Assembly (NCBI GenBank): GCA_018377375.1
Contig: JAGZZN010000001.1
Coordinates: 3,676-67,675 of the forward strand
Length of the DNA stretch: 64,000 nt
Reading direction: 5' to 3'
From: Streptococcus parasanguinis
GTDB lineage: Bacteria > Bacillota > Bacilli > Lactobacillales > Streptococcaceae
Shown here: positions 1-11,799 of the stretch, one piece after another
How the letters are laid out: each line of letters opens with the position of its first letter
Numbering within the stretch: the stretch's first letter is position 1
Position numbers and translations under genes: made by a program
The notes under the pieces: model-generated
Databases searched by the model: none
The model's input: the letters and a program-made list of their open reading frames with translations, nothing else
Told to the model about the DNA's origin: nothing

Positions 1-262
1 TTTAGCCTGAGCCTAAAAATTGAAAAGCGAAGGGGTTCAAAACTAATTGAACACGGGCTGCGGACTGTGTCAAAAAGATAAGTTTTCCTAGAATCAAAAG
101 TTTCTGCGTCAAACTTCCTATTTTGACTTTATCCGCGAACGCCCTTTGTCTCTTGAATAAGTCATGGAACTTCCTGGATTGCTGAAATCATCCACTGGAT
201 AATTTCACCTGACGTCCGTACTCACTTAAGGAAAGTTTCTAAGATGAATTTATCTTCAATCT
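1..262. repeat. Composite streptococcal intergenic repeat; 159-262 is a partial copy of the element at 39567-39726 and 54620-54777
   Basis: gtcatggaactt...ctgacgtccgtactcacttaaggaaag shared with the other two copies; 45-150 is a separate hairpin-rich module. Confidence 0.7.
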
Positions 263-290
263 GAAAAGAGGCTCAGTGAGCCTCATTTTT
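263..290 (-). terminator. Intrinsic terminator of the hprK-lgt operon
   Basis: gaggctcagtgagcctc hairpin flanked by A/T runs directly after the stop at 290. Confidence 0.7.
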
Positions 291-748
291 TATACTTCTT
301 TTGTTTCTTCTTCAGCTGCTTCTTCAGAATCTTTTTCATCCAACTCTAACACGATGTCTTCAGATTCTGTTTGTTTGCGAATGGATTGAACCAAGTCATT
401 GCCACTTAGATTTTCTTTTTGAAGTTTATCCTTAAATGAGTGATAGACTTCTTGAGATTTTTCAACCACATCTTGCGTCTTTTCTTTGACAGATTCCAAA
501 ACAGTTCCTGTCGTAATTTCTCCAGAACCAACTTTTTCTTTGGTTTGTTGGATCACTTCTGCTGCTTGTTTTGAAACATCCTTAGCAGTTTGTTTCACCG
601 ATTCATGTACTTCTTGAGGATCTTCTTGATAATCTTTTACGAAGCGCACCACCTTTTTAGTGACTTTCTTTCCTTGCTCTGTTGATAAATAGTAGGCTGC
701 TGAAGCACCTGAAATCACACCAATTAATAAACTAGATAAACGTCCCAT
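290..748 (-). CDS. YtxH domain-containing general stress protein
   Basis: N-terminal hydrophobic segment then charged helical region; canonical position after lgt-DUF948. Confidence 0.8.
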   Translation of the reverse strand: MGRLSSLLIGVISGASAAYYLSTEQGKKVTKKVVRFVKDYQEDPQEVHESVKQTAKDVSKQAAEVIQQTKEKVGSGEITTGTVLESVKEKTQDVVEKSQEVYHSFKDKLQKENLSGNDLVQSIRKQTESEDIVLELDEKDSEEAAEEETKEV

Positions 749-762
749 ATTCTTCCTCGATT

Positions 763-1146
763 CTATTTAAATAATTTTGAAGCCATCTTAATCGCTTTTA
801 ATCCGATAGAGGCTTTCACTGTTTTTCCACCAGCTGACACTGCTTTGACACTCAATTGACGGGCTTGATCATTCAAATCTGAAACTGACTCTGAAAGATC
901 CGCCACGGCTGTAAAGAGTGGGTCAATCGTTGCAACTTTTTGATTCAAATCATCCGTTAAAACATTGACTTTTGCCAATAGATCATTGGTCTGATGCAAG
1001 GTGACATTGACATCTGATGTCAAAACTTGGATGGTTTTTTGCGTCTCATCTACTACTTTTCCAATCTTTGAGAGGAAAAAAATCATATAAATGACAAGCG
1101 CTACTAAGGCAAGGCCTAAGAGGCCGTAGGCAATTTCAATAAACAT
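763..1146 (-). CDS. DUF948 (YoxC/YtxG-like) membrane protein
   Basis: N-terminal TM plus coiled coil; conserved hprK-lgt-DUF948-YtxH order. Confidence 0.8.
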   Translation of the reverse strand: MFIEIAYGLLGLALVALVIYMIFFLSKIGKVVDETQKTIQVLTSDVNVTLHQTNDLLAKVNVLTDDLNQKVATIDPLFTAVADLSESVSDLNDQARQLSVKAVSAGGKTVKASIGLKAIKMASKLFK

Positions 1147-1149
1147 ATA

Positions 1150-1932
1150 TTACTCCTTTGCTTCTACATAATAAGGGGCTTTTTTGCAACGTTGGTAGAT
1201 GATGATGGCGAGTCCAACTAGAATCAGGATCATCGACAACCACTGGGAAACACGTAAGCCCGCAAACATCAGGCTATCTGTCCGCATTCCTTCGATGATC
1301 ATCCGACCAAAACCATACCAGATAAGGTAAAAGGCTGTGATCTCACCTTGCCGCAAAAATTGTGGCTTCCTCCGAAGAATCAAGATCAAGAGAAAACCTA
1401 GCAGATTCCAACTGGATTCATATAAGAAGGTTGGCTGACGGTAACTACCATCTATATACATTTGATCTCGAATAAAAGAGGGTAGGTAGTTGAGACTTTT
1501 AACAGCAGCTCCATAAGCTTCCTGGTTAAAGAAGTTTCCCCAGCGACCAATACTCTGTGCAATCATGACGCTTGGGGCCGCAATATCTAAGAAATCAATT
1601 GGCTCAATCAAGCGTCTACGAGAGAATATATAGAGGACAAGGGCACCTGTCAAGAGGCCACCATAAATCGCGATTCCTCCGTTCCAGATCGCAAAAATCT
1701 CACTAAGATGCTGGCTATAGTAACCCCATTCGAAAATAACGTAATAGAGTCTGGCCCCCACAATCGCAAGAGGAAAGGCAATCAAAATGAAATCAATGAT
1801 AGCATCTGGATCAATTTTTTTACGGGGCGCTTCTTTCATAGAAAGATAAACGGCTAGAATCAAGCCAGAGACAATACAAATCGCGTACCAACGAATACTG
1901 ATCGGACCTAATTGAAGGGCTACTGGATTCAT
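1150..1932 (-). CDS. lgt: Prolipoprotein diacylglyceryl transferase
   Basis: [22 protein letters not shown] and PTFLYES motifs. Confidence 0.97.
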   Translation of the reverse strand: MNPVALQLGPISIRWYAICIVSGLILAVYLSMKEAPRKKIDPDAIIDFILIAFPLAIVGARLYYVIFEWGYYSQHLSEIFAIWNGGIAIYGGLLTGALVLYIFSRRRLIEPIDFLDIAAPSVMIAQSIGRWGNFFNQEAYGAAVKSLNYLPSFIRDQMYIDGSYRQPTFLYESSWNLLGFLLILILRRKPQFLRQGEITAFYLIWYGFGRMIIEGMRTDSLMFAGLRVSQWLSMILILVGLAIIIYQRCKKAPYYVEAKE

Positions 1933-2861
1933 TCCTTCACCTCATTTTGACTAATCAACTGGGACAAACGTTCTTCAAAAGTTTTGGTAGCATCATAGCC
2001 CATTTCTTTGGCACGAACATTCATAGCTGCGGCTTCGATCACGACCGAAATGTTCCGACCAGTCTTCACAGGGATGCGAATCCGAGGAATGGTCACGCCA
2101 CCGATTTCTAACTCTTCTGCATTATTACCCAGACGATCATAAACCTGATCTTTGGCATAATTTTCCAAGTAAACAGCGATTTGGACTTGTGAAGAATCCT
2201 TGACAGCACTGGCTCCGTAGAGACTCATGACATCGATAATCCCTACACCACGGATCTCTAGTAAGTGGCGTAGGATTTCAGCCGGCTCTCCCCAAAGGGT
2301 CATCTCATCTCTCGCATAGATATCGACTCGGTCATCTGCTACGAGGCGGTGCCCCCGCTTGACAAGTTCCAGACCTGTCTCGCTTTTTCCGATTCCGCTA
2401 TCTCCTTGGATCAAGACACCCATCCCATAAATATCCATCAAGACACCGTGTACACTCGTGCGTTCTGCTAGCCGACTATCCAAATAGCTAGAAAGCTCTC
2501 CAGATAAACGACTGGTTGCAACATTGCTCTTCAAAATGGCTAGTTGCTTTTCTTCCGCAGCTCGCAACATTTCTTCTGGAATTTCTAAATTCCGCGCGAC
2601 AATGATGACAGGTGTCTCTGGCTGGAACATCTTACGCAGGACCTGATGACGGTTGTGAGAGCTCATCTTCACCAGGTAGGACCATTCTTTCATTCCTACA
2701 AGCTGAATCCGCTCAGGTGTGTAATAGTCGAAATAGCCCGTCATTTCAAGACCTGGACGTGAAATGTCCGCAGTCGTAATTTCCTTGCTTAAGAGGTTAT
2801 CATCCCCATAAACAACCGATAGACGAAGCTTTTCCTGTAGATCGCGAACAGTAACTGCCAT
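1929..2861 (-). CDS. hprK: HPr kinase/phosphorylase
   Basis: [14 protein letters not shown]alker [18 protein letters not shown]; start MAVTV after RBS. Confidence 0.97.
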   Translation of the reverse strand: MAVTVRDLQEKLRLSVVYGDDNLLSKEITTADISRPGLEMTGYFDYYTPERIQLVGMKEWSYLVKMSSHNRHQVLRKMFQPETPVIIVARNLEIPEEMLRAAEEKQLAILKSNVATSRLSGELSSYLDSRLAERTSVHGVLMDIYGMGVLIQGDSGIGKSETGLELVKRGHRLVADDRVDIYARDEMTLWGEPAEILRHLLEIRGVGIIDVMSLYGASAVKDSSQVQIAVYLENYAKDQVYDRLGNNAEELEIGGVTIPRIRIPVKTGRNISVVIEAAAMNVRAKEMGYDATKTFEERLSQLISQNEVKE

Positions 2862-3033
2862 ATCATTCTCCCTTTTCAAATTCTCTCTCTATTATAGCAG
2901 ATTTTCTCTTCAGACGAGAGACTGAAGTGTCATTTGAAAGATCCATTTTCAACTCCTTTTTAAGGCAAGCAAAAAGAGGCCAAGACAAAGGTCTCCAACC
3001 TCTAGGAAATGATGGGAACATATGAAGAATGCT

Positions 3034-3408
3034 CTAGCCTTGGCCTTGCAAGAAATCTTTGATCATGGATTTGATTCCGGTAGAGACTGCATAGACCACC
3101 GCATTTGAAGGAAATGCGATCAAGCCTAGCATAAAGGTGGTAGGTCCTCCCCCCAGCAAGGACAAAACCAGATACAAAATCGGAAGAAATAAAATCGAAA
3201 ACCGATAAATTTGTGGTTTTCTAGCCATTTCTGTTGGCAGAAACAAGAGGTAGAAGAGGCTATTCCAAATGCCCAGTGGAAAAAGGAGCATTCCGATCAA
3301 AACTGTTCCAACTCCTTCACCAAAAATACGATCTAAAATGAAAAATTGTCCTATAAAACTGAAGAAGAGATATAGAATAAAAGCAAGGGAATAGAACTTC
3401 TGCTTCAC
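3034..3408 (-). CDS. Hypothetical membrane protein (about 4 TM)
   Basis: Hydrophobic ORF with aaggag RBS and GTG start, just downstream of pspC-like gene. Confidence 0.7.
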   Translation of the reverse strand: MKQKFYSLAFILYLFFSFIGQFFILDRIFGEGVGTVLIGMLLFPLGIWNSLFYLLFLPTEMARKPQIYRFSILFLPILYLVLSLLGGGPTTFMLGLIAFPSNAVVYAVSTGIKSMIKDFLQGQG

Positions 3409-3420
3409 TCGGATCTCCTT

Positions 3421-3702
3421 TTAGAAAAATGGACTATCATTCTGATCATGGATGGGTTCGGCCTCTTTTCTTCGACGAGGTCGAGGGCCATCGTCAAACA
3501 TTTCCTGCTCCTCCTCGTCCTTATAAGGTAAGGTCGTATCTAACAGTAAATAGATAATCACACCGATAAAGGCATGAGAAACCGTAAAAAGAATAAACAA
3601 GAAGCGTAGGAGAGTTACACTAAGACCAAATTTATCAGCTAAGCCAGCTAGCACACCTGAAACCAGGCGATGTCGTTTTAATTTGTAAAATGATGATGTC
3701 AT
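3421..3702 (-). CDS. PspC domain-containing protein
   Basis: RLVSGVLAGLADKFG PspC motif followed by a TM segment. Confidence 0.85.
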   Translation of the reverse strand: MTSSFYKLKRHRLVSGVLAGLADKFGLSVTLLRFLFILFTVSHAFIGVIIYLLLDTTLPYKDEEEQEMFDDGPRPRRRKEAEPIHDQNDSPFF

Positions 3703-3776
3703 TTGATTTTCCTCTTTCTAGTTAGACCTATTTTAGCAGAGTCTAACTGGAAAGAGATCCGCCTAAAGACCGATTC

Positions 3777-4232
3777 TTACTCTTGTCTCATTTCAAGGAA
3801 TTGCAGGCGACTATGACAGCGACCGCAGGCATATTTCTTCAGATCGATTTTTCGCTTTCGTCTATACTCTTGGCCACAACGGGGACATTGATAGAGATAG
3901 ATCCGCTTGACTCGCCCAGTTCTATCTGGTAGAGGAGGTGTGAAACGAAGACCGTCCACTTGCTGGAGGAGTTGCTTAAAGGCTAGATCTTTGTGGCGAT
4001 ACCCTTTACCTTGATCGTAAAGATGGTAATGGCAGAGCTCGTGGCGGACGATTTTTCGAAAGACCTCTAACCCGAAAGCTTGGTATATTTTAGGGTTGAA
4101 ATCAAGGTGTCGATCCTTGGGAAAGAAACGCCCTCCAGTGGTTTGAAGACGTGAATTCCACTCTGCTCGATGACGGAATTCTCTCCTAAAATCTTCTAGG
4201 GATACTTGGCGCACATACTCAGTCAGATTCAT
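3777..4232 (-). CDS. SprT-like family zinc metalloprotein
   Basis: [13 protein letters not shown], two CxxC pairs; coupled to tex. Confidence 0.9.
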   Translation of the reverse strand: MNLTEYVRQVSLEDFRREFRHRAEWNSRLQTTGGRFFPKDRHLDFNPKIYQAFGLEVFRKIVRHELCHYHLYDQGKGYRHKDLAFKQLLQQVDGLRFTPPLPDRTGRVKRIYLYQCPRCGQEYRRKRKIDLKKYACGRCHSRLQFLEMRQE

Positions 4233-6345
4233 TCGGAGCTACCAAACTAAGATTGACTTTTTCGCGTTCTACATCAATCTTCTTCACCCAGACGGTTACC
4301 AAATCACCTACTGATACGACCTGGCTTGGATGCTTGATAAACTGCTTGCTCATATGGGAGAAATGAATCAAGCCATCTTCGTGAATGCCAATATCGACAA
4401 AGGCTCCAAAGTCAACCACATTGCGCACAACCCCTTCTAATTTTTGGCCAATATGCAGGTCTTTAATATCCAAGACATCCTGACGGAGCACGGGTGCATC
4501 AAAGGAATCCCGCAAATCGCGACCTGGTTTTAGGAGATCGGCAATAATATCTTTCAGGGTTTCTGGTCCCAGATCCAGCTGAGTAGACATCTCCTTTATG
4601 TTCACAGCTTTTAATTTTTCCTGAGCGGATGCATCGAGGTCGGTAATTTCAAGAAGTTGAAAAAGTTTTTCAACTTCCTTGTAACTTTCAGGGTGAACGC
4701 CGGTATTGTCCAAGATATTTTTACTTTCAGGAATGCGTAAGAATCCAGCCGCTTGCTCGAAAGCCTTGGCGCCGAGACGAGGGACTTTTTTAATCTGTGC
4801 TCGTGAAAGAATCATTCCTTCTTCTTCCCGGTATTTCACAATATTTTCAGAGATGGTTTTATTGAGTCCTGCTACATGGGCTAAGAGAGAGGGACTAGCC
4901 GTATTGATATTGACCCCAACTTGGTTGACGACAGTATCTACCACGAAATCCAAGCTTTCTGTCAGTTTTTTCTGATTGACATCGTGTTGGTATTGACCGA
5001 CACCGATGGATTTGGCATCGATTTTCACCAATTCTGCTAGCGGATCTTGCAAGCGACGGGCAATGGAGATGGCCGAGCGTTTTTCAACGGTTAGCTCTGG
5101 GAACTCATGACGGGCCAACTCACTAGCTGAGTAGACAGAGGCTCCGCTTTCATTGACAATAACATAGCGAACTCCTGGATGGTCATGAAGCACCTCTGCG
5201 ACAAAGGCCTCACTTTCACGGCTGGCGGTTCCATTTCCAATCGCAATAATTTCTACTCCGAACTCCTTGATCAAGGAAGACAGTTCCTTTTTAGCCTGCT
5301 CGATCTGAGCTGGTTTTGCAGGAGCAACTGGATAGATGACCTGGGTGGCGAGCATCTTTCCTGTCTCATCGACAACGGCTAGTTTAGCACCGGTCCGAAA
5401 GGCTGGGTCAAATCCAAGGACCACGCGCCCTTTTAATGGAGGAATGAGCAATAGATTCCGTAGATTCTCAGAGAACAATTGAATGGCTCCGTCTTCTGCC
5501 ACCTCCGTCAACTCTGTCCGAATCCGACGTTCAATCGCAGGAACGATTTTTTTCTTAACCGCTTGTTGAATAACCTCATCGACATAGGCATTTTTCGTTT
5601 TAAAACGAGCCTCAAAAATACGAATGATCCGATCCAGTTGGTGCTCGAATCCGACTTTGAGAACGCCCAATTTTTCCCCACGATTGAGAGCTAGAGTCCG
5701 GTAACCTTGCATATTCTTGATCTTCTCAGAAAAATCATAATAGATTTCAAAGGTTCTCTTAGGATCTAAGCTTTCATCCTTCAAGGTTGACGTCATGAGG
5801 GAATGCCCATGAATTTCTTGATAAGTGAGGGCCCGTAATTGGGTATCCTCTGAAATAGCCTCTACCAGAATATCCACTGCACCAGCTAATGCTGCGGTTT
5901 CAGTTGGGAAGGCCTCGCAGGTAAATTTCCGAGCCTCTGCTTCCAAGTCTGGACTATTTTGCAAAATGAGACGTGCCAAGGGGAAAAGTCCTGCTTCTCG
6001 AGCAATCGTCGCCTTGGTCCGCCGTTTTTCCTTATAAGGGAGATAAAGCTCTTCGACATCCGCTAATTTTTCAGCAGCCTCAATAGCCTGCTTGAGCGCC
6101 TCTGTCAGTTTGCCTTGTTCCTCAATCTTAGCAAGGACGGTTTCCTTTCGTTCGGCTAGAGTCGTTAACGATTTGTCCCGGTCAATAATGGCCTTGATCG
6201 CTACTTCATCTAAATTTCCCGTCATATCTTTTCGATAGCGAGCAATGAAAGGAATAGTTGAGCCTTCTGCGGTCAGACTCAATACAGTATCGATTTGTTT
6301 TAAGCTAACACCCAATTCTTGGGCTATTTTTTCATATTTATCCAT
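4219..6345 (-). CDS. tex: Tex family RNA-binding transcriptional accessory protein
   Basis: [20 protein letters not shown]-terminal S1 domain. Confidence 0.95.
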   Translation of the reverse strand: MDKYEKIAQELGVSLKQIDTVLSLTAEGSTIPFIARYRKDMTGNLDEVAIKAIIDRDKSLTTLAERKETVLAKIEEQGKLTEALKQAIEAAEKLADVEELYLPYKEKRRTKATIAREAGLFPLARLILQNSPDLEAEARKFTCEAFPTETAALAGAVDILVEAISEDTQLRALTYQEIHGHSLMTSTLKDESLDPKRTFEIYYDFSEKIKNMQGYRTLALNRGEKLGVLKVGFEHQLDRIIRIFEARFKTKNAYVDEVIQQAVKKKIVPAIERRIRTELTEVAEDGAIQLFSENLRNLLLIPPLKGRVVLGFDPAFRTGAKLAVVDETGKMLATQVIYPVAPAKPAQIEQAKKELSSLIKEFGVEIIAIGNGTASRESEAFVAEVLHDHPGVRYVIVNESGASVYSASELARHEFPELTVEKRSAISIARRLQDPLAELVKIDAKSIGVGQYQHDVNQKKLTESLDFVVDTVVNQVGVNINTASPSLLAHVAGLNKTISENIVKYREEEGMILSRAQIKKVPRLGAKAFEQAAGFLRIPESKNILDNTGVHPESYKEVEKLFQLLEITDLDASAQEKLKAVNIKEMSTQLDLGPETLKDIIADLLKPGRDLRDSFDAPVLRQDVLDIKDLHIGQKLEGVVRNVVDFGAFVDIGIHEDGLIHFSHMSKQFIKHPSQVVSVGDLVTVWVKKIDVEREKVNLSLVAPNESD

Positions 6346-6523
6346 AGCTTCTATTATAGCATATTTTGCTGCCACTAAGGGGGGAGATCGCCTGTTCTGG
6401 TCTCTGTTTCAGGGATTTTTCATAGAATAATTTTGACCCTATGGATCTTTCCTTTTATGCTCCATTTCCCCCTTGCTCTTTCCTTTTTGTTATAATGAAA
6501 GAAAATAAAAAGGAGGCCCAACA

Positions 6524-6673
6524 ATGGCTATTAAATTCTCAAAAACAGATGATCTTGATAAAATGTTTGAAAACTTTGCAAGTTTTCCAGATGTAGAAAA
6601 AACAGTCGAATTCCCCGAAGAAAAAAAGAAGGCAGAAACTGCTACAACTAAAGAAGCAAAGAAGGTTAAGTAA
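6524..6673 (+). CDS. Small conserved streptococcal protein (SPJ_0845-like), 49 aa MAIKFSKTDDLDKMFENFASFPD...
   Basis: Not in ORF track; aggagg RBS, TATAAT promoter at ~6492, stop overlaps next start (TAATG). Confidence 0.8.
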   Translation: MAIKFSKTDDLDKMFENFASFPDVEKTVEFPEEKKKAETATTKEAKKVK

Positions 6674-7578
6674 TGACATTCTTTCAACACCTTCCCTCTA
6701 GCGTCTTGCAGGCTGGGGCTATTTTTCTATCGATTATTATCGAGGCCCTACCTTTTGTCCTAATCGGAAGTATCATTTCAGGGATTATCGAGGTTTATAT
6801 CACCCCCGAGAGGGTCTACCGCTTTCTTCCTAAGAATAAATTTGGGCGGATCTTCTTTGGGACTTTTATCGGCTTTATCTTTCCTTCCTGTGAATGTGGG
6901 ATTGTTCCCATTATCAATCGCTTTCTAGAAAAGAAAGTCCCAAGTTATACTGCTGTTCCCTTTCTGGTGACAGCACCGGTCATCAATCCCATCGTTCTCT
7001 TTGCGACCTACTCAGCCTTTGGGAATTCTGTCAAGATGGCCCTCTACCGCGCCCTTGGCTCCCTACTGGTCGCAACGGTGCTAGGGATCTTTCTTGGTTT
7101 TATTCAGACAGATTCGATCCAAAAAGAACATCGTAAGGCTGTACATGAACATGATTTTAGTAACTTGAGCAAAGGTCAAAAGCTCTTTCAAGTCCTGGTG
7201 CAAGCCATTGATGAATTCTTTGATACGGGACGCTACTTGGTATTTGGTTGTCTCTTTGCCAGCCTCGTCCAAGTCTATGTCCCAACACGGATTCTCACTT
7301 CGATCAGTGCAACACCGGTTATTGCTATTCTCCTTCTCATGGTTTTGTCCTTTCTCCTCTCACTATGTAGCGAGGCGGACGCCTTTGTTGGATCCTCTCT
7401 TCTAACAAGTTTTGGAGTAGCGCCTGTTCTTGCCTTTTTGGTGATTGGGCCTATGCTTGATGTCAAAAATCTCCTCATGATGAAAAATTATCTCAAGACC
7501 CGTTTCATCTGGCAATTTATCGGGATTGTGAGTGGAGTTGTGCTCCTTTATGCTTGGTTTGTGGGGGTAGTGCTATGA
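6673..7578 (+). CDS. Permease (DUF318/ArsP-like, YcgR family)
   Basis: PSCECGIVP and LSLCSEADAF motifs, many TMs. Confidence 0.9.
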   Translation: MTFFQHLPSSVLQAGAIFLSIIIEALPFVLIGSIISGIIEVYITPERVYRFLPKNKFGRIFFGTFIGFIFPSCECGIVPIINRFLEKKVPSYTAVPFLVTAPVINPIVLFATYSAFGNSVKMALYRALGSLLVATVLGIFLGFIQTDSIQKEHRKAVHEHDFSNLSKGQKLFQVLVQAIDEFFDTGRYLVFGCLFASLVQVYVPTRILTSISATPVIAILLLMVLSFLLSLCSEADAFVGSSLLTSFGVAPVLAFLVIGPMLDVKNLLMMKNYLKTRFIWQFIGIVSGVVLLYAWFVGVVL

Positions 7579-8390
7579 TTCGTTTCTTGATATTAGCTGG
7601 CTATTTTGAGCTCACCATGTACCTGCAATTATCTGGTAAGCTCAATCAATACATCAACTTACACTATTCTTACTTGGCTTATATTTCCATGTTCTTGTCA
7701 TTTGTTTTAGCTCTTGTGCAGCTGATCATCTGGGTCAAGCAGATGAAGATCCACAGTCATCTCTCTGGCTTCTGGGCAAAAGTGGCGAGTATCTTCTTGC
7801 TCTGTATTCCTTTGTTTGTCGGGCTATTTTTCCCTACAGTGACACTGGATTCCCAAACAGTTTCTGCCAAAGGCTACCACTTCCCGGTTGCGGCCGGTTC
7901 TTCCAAGGAAATCCAGCAGGACGAAGGGACAACAACCCAGTATCTCAAACCAGATACTAGTAGCTATTTTACCAAGTCAGCCTATGAATCAGAAATGAAG
8001 CAGGCGGCAAAGAAATATGTTGATAAAAAAGTGATCCAGGTGACCACTGAGAATTACATGGAAGTCATGGAGGTTATTTATGATTATCCTGACCAATTTG
8101 CAGGAAAGACAATCGAGCTGACCGGCTTTGTATACAATGACCCCAATAACAAGGATAGCCAATTCCTCTTTCGCTTTGGGATCATCCACTGTATCGCAGA
8201 TTCCGGAGTCTACGGTCTCTTAACGACGGGTGCTCCGCAGCATTTCGAAAACAACACTTGGATCCATGCGAAAGGAACCTTGTCCATTGAATACCACAAG
8301 CAGCTCAAGCAAAGCTTGCCTGTCCTTCACATTAGCGATTGTAAGACCATTACGAAACCGGATAATCCATATGTCTACCGCGTATTCTGA
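7575..8390 (+). CDS. TIGR03943 family (YcgQ-like) membrane protein
   Basis: FRFGIIHCIADSGVYG motif; always paired with the preceding permease. Confidence 0.88.
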   Translation: MIRFLILAGYFELTMYLQLSGKLNQYINLHYSYLAYISMFLSFVLALVQLIIWVKQMKIHSHLSGFWAKVASIFLLCIPLFVGLFFPTVTLDSQTVSAKGYHFPVAAGSSKEIQQDEGTTTQYLKPDTSSYFTKSAYESEMKQAAKKYVDKKVIQVTTENYMEVMEVIYDYPDQFAGKTIELTGFVYNDPNNKDSQFLFRFGIIHCIADSGVYGLLTTGAPQHFENNTWIHAKGTLSIEYHKQLKQSLPVLHISDCKTITKPDNPYVYRVF

Positions 8391-8594
8391 TGGAGTCACC
8401 AAGTTTCTTCGGTGGTCGATCCAAACAGCTTATAACAGTTCAAGCTAGAATCCACATTGATTCTAGCTTTTTCTATGCTTTCCTCTCAAATCCTCTAATC
8501 CAAGCGGAAAATATTCGGAACAACGATTCCATCAAAGAAATCTTGTAGATTTTATGGTAAAATATGGTTAATAAAATAGGAAATAGGTACTTAA

Positions 8595-10061
8595 ATGTCT
8601 TCAAAAGTTATTGTAACCATTTTCGGGGCTAGTGGAGATTTAGCCAAGCGCAAACTCTACCCATCCCTTTTTAGACTCTATAAATCAGGAAATCTATCTG
8701 AACACTTTGCGGTTATCGGAACAGCTCGCAGACCATGGAGCAAGGAATACTTTGAATCAGTCGTGGTAGAATCTATCACAGATCTGGCAGATAGCCCACA
8801 ACAAGCTCAAGAATTCGCTAGCCATTTCTACTACCAAAGCCACGATGTCAATGATACCGAACATTACATTGCCCTGCGTGAATTGCAAAATAGCTTGGAT
8901 GAAAAATACCAAACAGAACACAACAAGGTCTTCTTCTTGTCCATGGCTCCTCAATTTTTTGGAACCATTGCCAAACACCTCAAATCCGAAGGAATTGTGG
9001 ATGGACAAGGCTTTGAGCGCTTGATCGTTGAAAAACCTTTCGGTACAGACCTAGAAACAGCTAGTCAGCTCAACAAGGAATTGGAAGAAACCTTTGATGA
9101 AGAACAAATCTTCCGGATCGACCATTACCTTGGAAAAGAAATGATCCAAAATATCTTTGCCATTCGTTTTGGAAATCTTATTTTTGATAATCTCTGGAAC
9201 CGAGATTTTATTGACAATATCCAAATTACTTTTGCTGAACGCTTGGGGGTTGAAGAACGCGGTGGCTACTACGATCACTCGGGGGCCCTTCGAGATATGG
9301 TGCAAAACCATACCCTTCAGCTTTTGTCATTGCTTGCCATGGATAAACCAGCTACCTTTACCAAGGATGCAATTCGGGCAGAAAAAGTTAAAGTTTTTGA
9401 GCAATTGCACAATCCAACAGATGACGAATTGAAGAAATTCTTTATCCGTGGTCAATACCATTCAGGTACGATCGAAGGGAAAAAAGATATCTCTTATCGC
9501 AGTGAGCCAAATGTCGACCCTGAATCTACTACGGAAACCTATGCTTCTGGTGCATTCTTTGTTGATAGCGATCGCTTCCGCGGAGTGCCTTTCTTCTTCC
9601 GTACCGGAAAACGCTTGACGCAAAAAGGAACCATGGTCAATGTGGTCTTCAAGCAAACCGACTCCATCTTTGGACATAGCTTGCAACCAAATGTCTTGAC
9701 CATTTATATCCAACCAAATGAAGGTTTCTCATTGAGCATCAACGGAAAAGAGGTCGGAGAAAAATTCAGTATCGCACCAATTTCCTTTGACTACGAAACA
9801 GATGCGACCGCAACTGGAGCTTCACCAGAGCCTTATGAAAAATTAATTTTCGACGTTTTGAACAATGACTCAACCAATTACAGCCACTGGCACGAAGTCC
9901 GTGCTTCATGGCAATTGATTGACCGGATCGAAAAATTATGGGCCGAAGATGGAGCACCGCTCTATGAGTACAAGTCAGGATCCATGGGACCAACTGCATC
10001 CGATGATCTCCTTGCAGAGTACGGAGCCGAATGGGTTTGGAAACCTGAACCTAAGAATTAA
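8595..10061 (+). CDS. zwf: Glucose-6-phosphate 1-dehydrogenase
   Basis: GASGDLAKRK, RIDHYLGKE, DMVQNH motifs. Confidence 0.98.
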   Translation: MSSKVIVTIFGASGDLAKRKLYPSLFRLYKSGNLSEHFAVIGTARRPWSKEYFESVVVESITDLADSPQQAQEFASHFYYQSHDVNDTEHYIALRELQNSLDEKYQTEHNKVFFLSMAPQFFGTIAKHLKSEGIVDGQGFERLIVEKPFGTDLETASQLNKELEETFDEEQIFRIDHYLGKEMIQNIFAIRFGNLIFDNLWNRDFIDNIQITFAERLGVEERGGYYDHSGALRDMVQNHTLQLLSLLAMDKPATFTKDAIRAEKVKVFEQLHNPTDDELKKFFIRGQYHSGTIEGKKDISYRSEPNVDPESTTETYASGAFFVDSDRFRGVPFFFRTGKRLTQKGTMVNVVFKQTDSIFGHSLQPNVLTIYIQPNEGFSLSINGKEVGEKFSIAPISFDYETDATATGASPEPYEKLIFDVLNNDSTNYSHWHEVRASWQLIDRIEKLWAEDGAPLYEYKSGSMGPTASDDLLAEYGAEWVWKPEPKN

Positions 10062-10062
10062 G

Positions 10063-10089
10063 GAAAGCCACCTTCGGGTGGTTTTTTTG
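10063..10089 (+). terminator. zwf terminator
   Basis: aaagccaccttcgggtggttttttt hairpin plus U-run. Confidence 0.85.
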
Positions 10090-10152
10090 ATAGCGCAAGG
10101 AAACAAAAAGACAAATTGTCCTTCCAACAATTTGTCTTTTTCTATTTGACTC

Positions 10153-11799
10153 TTAAATCAAGCCTTCCAAGAGGCCTCTCATGAAGTTTTCTGAGTGGAA
10201 TGGTCCGATGTCATCAATCTTTTCTCCGAATCCAATCAACTTCACTGGGATGTCCAACTCTTCACGGATCGCAAGGACGACCCCACCTCGAGCCGTTCCA
10301 TCGATCTTGGTCAATACAATCCCTGTCACAGGCGTAATTTTTGAAAATTCTTTCGCTTGCACCAAGGCATTTTGACCAGTTGATGCATCGAGGGCTAGCA
10401 AGGTTTCATGCGGTGCATCAGGTACCACACGCTTGATAATGCGCCCGATTTTTTCAAGCTCGGCCATGAGGTTGTCCTTGTTTTGCAGACGACCAGCTGT
10501 ATCAATCATCAGAACATCGATGTTTTCAGCGATCGCGCGTTCCATTCCATCAAATACGACGCTAGCAGGATCTGATTTTTCAGGACCTGTTACAACTGGA
10601 ACATCTACACGGCGTCCCCATTCTGCTAGTTGAGCCACTGCTCCTGCACGGAAGGTATCTGCTGCAACTAACATGACTTTCTTGCCTTCTTGTTTATAGC
10701 GATGGGCTAACTTCCCGATAGAGGTTGTTTTACCAACTCCATTGACCCCAACAAAGAGCATGACCGTGAGACCATCTTGAAAACGAATGGCTTCATTAAA
10801 TTGGCCATCCTTTTCATACAAGTCCACCAATTTTTCGATGATCACGCGCTTGAGAGCATCTGGTTTTTTGGCATTTTCCAAACGGGCTTCATAGCGCAAC
10901 TCTTCGGTTAAATTAGAGGCCACTTGAACCCCAACGTCACTCATGATCAAGAGTTCTTCCAATTCTTCAAAGAATTCTTCATCGACTGAACGGAAATTGG
11001 CAAAGAAGGCATTGAGACGTGCTCCAAATCCAGTTCGTGTCTTTTTCAAGCTACGATCGTATTTTTCCTGAATGGTTTCTTGCTCTGGCTCAACCTCGTC
11101 TGGAATTGGCTCTTCTGCCTCTTCAACAGTTCTTTCCTCAACGGCTGATGCAGCTTCTCCTTCAGGAAGTCTAGACTCGGCTTCTGCCACTTCTGAAGTT
11201 TCCTCCACTTGAGCGATCGCTTCTGATACTTCAGGTTCTAGGACCTCATCCTGAGCGTCTACTAGTTCTGGAGACTCTTCTTCTGTCGTGCTCCCTTCTA
11301 CTAGCTCAGCTTCAGATGATGGAGAAGCAATCGGTGACTCTTCTTCCAGTTCTGAACCGTTAGCCCCATCTGCTTCCTCACCATTTTCAGTTTCTTCCGC
11401 TTCTTCAAGAGGCTCAGTCTCCGTGTCATCAGCTAGTGGTGAAACTTCTTGAGGAATTGCTTCTGTTTGAGCAGGTTCAAAGGCAACTGGAGGCTCCTCT
11501 ACTGGTTCTTGATCTTCAGGAGTCTCTGAAGTCACGATTTCTTCAACAAGAGGTTCCTCTGCCGGCTCTTCTTGAGCAACGGTTGAAATAGGTTGATGAG
11601 TGGCTGCAATTCGCGCTTTGAGCTCTTGGTAATAAGCCTCCATATCAGCGATTTTTTGCTCTTCCTTGTCATTTAAGGTAGCCGCCGGCTCCTCTTTGAC
11701 AGTTTCTTCAACCTCAGTACTTTCCGTCACTTCTTCCGAAGACGGAAGCACTTTTTCAGTTTCTTCTTTTTTTCCAAATAAACGATCAAATAATCCCAT
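10153..11799 (-). CDS. ftsY: Signal recognition particle receptor with long acidic N-terminal region
   Basis: GVNGVGKTT, DTFRAGA, DTAGRL, TKIDGTARGG. Confidence 0.97.
   Translation of the reverse strand: MGLFDRLFGKKEETEKVLPSSEEVTESTEVEETVKEEPAATLNDKEEQKIADMEAYYQELKARIAATHQPISTVAQEEPAEEPLVEEIVTSETPEDQEPVEEPPVAFEPAQTEAIPQEVSPLADDTETEPLEEAEETENGEEADGANGSELEEESPIASPSSEAELVEGSTTEEESPELVDAQDEVLEPEVSEAIAQVEETSEVAEAESRLPEGEAASAVEERTVEEAEEPIPDEVEPEQETIQEKYDRSLKKTRTGFGARLNAFFANFRSVDEEFFEELEELLIMSDVGVQVASNLTEELRYEARLENAKKPDALKRVIIEKLVDLYEKDGQFNEAIRFQDGLTVMLFVGVNGVGKTTSIGKLAHRYKQEGKKVMLVAADTFRAGAVAQLAEWGRRVDVPVVTGPEKSDPASVVFDGMERAIAENIDVLMIDTAGRLQNKDNLMAELEKIGRIIKRVVPDAPHETLLALDASTGQNALVQAKEFSKITPVTGIVLTKIDGTARGGVVLAIREELDIPVKLIGFGEKIDDIGPFHSENFMRGLLEGLI

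Noticed and set aside
11050..11799. Glu-rich low-complexity region
   Set aside because: Ordinary variable acidic N-terminal domain of FtsY.
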